Virus record (IMG/VR): IMGVR_UViG_3300017785_003578
Coordinates: 1-26,556 of that record
Length of the DNA: 26,556 nucleotides
From: a virus
Lineage: Duplodnaviria; Caudoviricetes
Strand: one strand, 5' to 3'
Position numbers and translations under genes: made by a program. This document shows positions 25,494 to 26,556 of this stretch, one piece after another (position 1 is the stretch's first letter; the number at the start of each line of letters is the position of its first letter). The notes beneath the pieces are model-generated. The model was not told the DNA's origin. It saw only the letters and a list, made by a program, of their open reading frames with translations, and searched no databases.

Positions 25494-26366
25494 ATGAGCC
25501 AAATTAACGTAAACATAGTAGCACCTCAAAGTACTCAAGTAGTAGATGTAAATGGTGTAAAATTGGATGCAAATAGTACATCTCTTCAAATCAGTAATAG
25601 CAACAATGCTGTTGTAGCAACAAATTCATTATTTGTTGGTTCAGCAACTGGTTATACTGCAACAGGAGAAGGTAATACTGCTGTAGGATACTTTGCAGGT
25701 TTTGATTTAACATCAGGAACTCAAAATACTTTAGTTGGTAAAAATGCAGGACAAAATATTACAACAGGACCTTCTAATACTTGTGTTGGAGTTGGTTCAG
25801 GTGAATTAGTTACAACAGGTCAAGGAAATGTATTGATTGGTCACAATGCAGGATCAACTGTCACAACCGGTTCTTCAAATGTATTCATTGGACCTAGTGC
25901 AGGTTCAGGAATATCAAATATTACAGGACAAGGTAATGTTTGTATTGGAGGTGGAGGTGGAGTAAATCCTTCATCTGCTTCAGCTCAATTTGAATTTACA
26001 CTTGGTAATTCATTTACTACAGCATTACGTTGTGCTCAGACATCTATCACATCTCTTTCAGATGCTCGTGATAAAAAAGATATTACTGACTTGCGTGCAG
26101 GATTAGATTTTGTTAAGTCACTTCGTCCAGTAGAATTTGTATGGAATGACAGAAGTGAGGATGGTAAACGTAATGTTATTGATTCAGGATTTTTAGCTCA
26201 AGATTTAAAAGCAGCTCAAGAAGATGCAAATATGGTAGATGCTTTAAAGTTAGTATATGAATCAAATCCTGAAAAACTTGAAGCATCTTACGGAAGATTA
26301 ATTCCTGTACTTGTTAAAGCTATTCAAGAATTAACTGCTAAAGTAGAAGCTTTAGAGAACAAATAA
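25494..26366 (+). CDS. Tail fibre/spike with G-N-x-x-x-G repeats and a C-terminal peptidase S74 intramolecular chaperone
   Basis: About six 18-aa TG.xN(T/V).(V/I)G..(A/S)G repeats, then S|DARDKKDITDL..GLDFVKSLRPVEFVW, GFLAQD and Y.RLIPVLVKAIQEL coiled coil. Confidence 0.85.
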   Translation: MSQINVNIVAPQSTQVVDVNGVKLDANSTSLQISNSNNAVVATNSLFVGSATGYTATGEGNTAVGYFAGFDLTSGTQNTLVGKNAGQNITTGPSNTCVGVGSGELVTTGQGNVLIGHNAGSTVTTGSSNVFIGPSAGSGISNITGQGNVCIGGGGGVNPSSASAQFEFTLGNSFTTALRCAQTSITSLSDARDKKDITDLRAGLDFVKSLRPVEFVWNDRSEDGKRNVIDSGFLAQDLKAAQEDANMVDALKLVYESNPEKLEASYGRLIPVLVKAIQELTAKVEALENK

Positions 26367-26377
26367 TAATTATATCT

Positions 26378-26556
26378 ATGTGTGTACAATGTGGAAATAA
26401 CGCGTGTGCTGGAAATTGCGATGTAATTCCTAAAGGACTTCGTGGCCCAAGAGGCTATAAAGGAGATAAAGGAGATAAGGGTGATCAAGGACTAATTGGG
26501 TTAACGGGACCGCAAGGCCCTGCTGGTGCTCAAGGATTGACTGGTTTAACTGGCCC
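26378..26556 (+). CDS. Collagen-like fibre protein (3'-truncated), absent from the ORF track
   Basis: MCVQCGNNACAGNCDVIPK followed by at least 13 uninterrupted Gly-X-Y triplets (GLR GPR GYK GDK GDK GDQ GLI GLT GPQ GPA GAQ GLT GLT) running to the window edge. Confidence 0.85.
   Translation, partial: MCVQCGNNACAGNCDVIPKGLRGPRGYKGDKGDKGDQGLIGLTGPQGPAGAQGLTGLTG

Noticed and set aside
1-26556. Stop-codon reassignment as seen in some crAss-like phages
   Set aside because: Long genes are intact in code 11, and TAG (3367, 4744, 17608, 17838, 24895) and TGA (2351, 2845, 6430, 18553) end genes right before the next start or a terminator.

Overview
AT-rich window from a tailed dsDNA phage with crAss-like (Crassvirales-type) virion gene order, most likely infecting an environmental Bacteroidota host. 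The host call rests on TAnnTTTG-type promoters and A-rich translation starts without Shine-Dalgarno sites. All credible genes are on the + strand and use the standard code (TAA, TAG and TGA all act as stops). The order is: (1) the end of a tandem-domain, fibre-like gene and a small partner; (2) a lysis cassette of a lipoprotein with unimolecular-spanin architecture, a holin and a TIGR02594/CHAP-like endolysin, followed by a metallophosphoesterase and two small ORFs; (3) a packaging operon with a putative wHTH protein, HU/IHF-like protein, Zn-finger, PD-(D/E)XK nuclease, probable TerS, TerL and portal; (4) a putative scaffold and the major capsid protein; (5) a conserved post-MCP gene, an array of eight tiny Lys-rich ORFs, a ring/adaptor protein and a Dps/ferritin-like protein; (6) a putative auxiliary capsid protein; (7) a Cys-rich tail hub/fibre module with tandem paralogs, a peptidase-S74 chaperone fibre and a collagen-like gene cut by the window edge. 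The most interesting observations are the basic-peptide array next to Dps (a possible DNA condensation/protection module), the Cys-rich tail module, the domain repeat with conserved flanks and a variable core, and shared promoter/operator motifs. All family assignments come from motif recognition by eye and from synteny. No database search was run.
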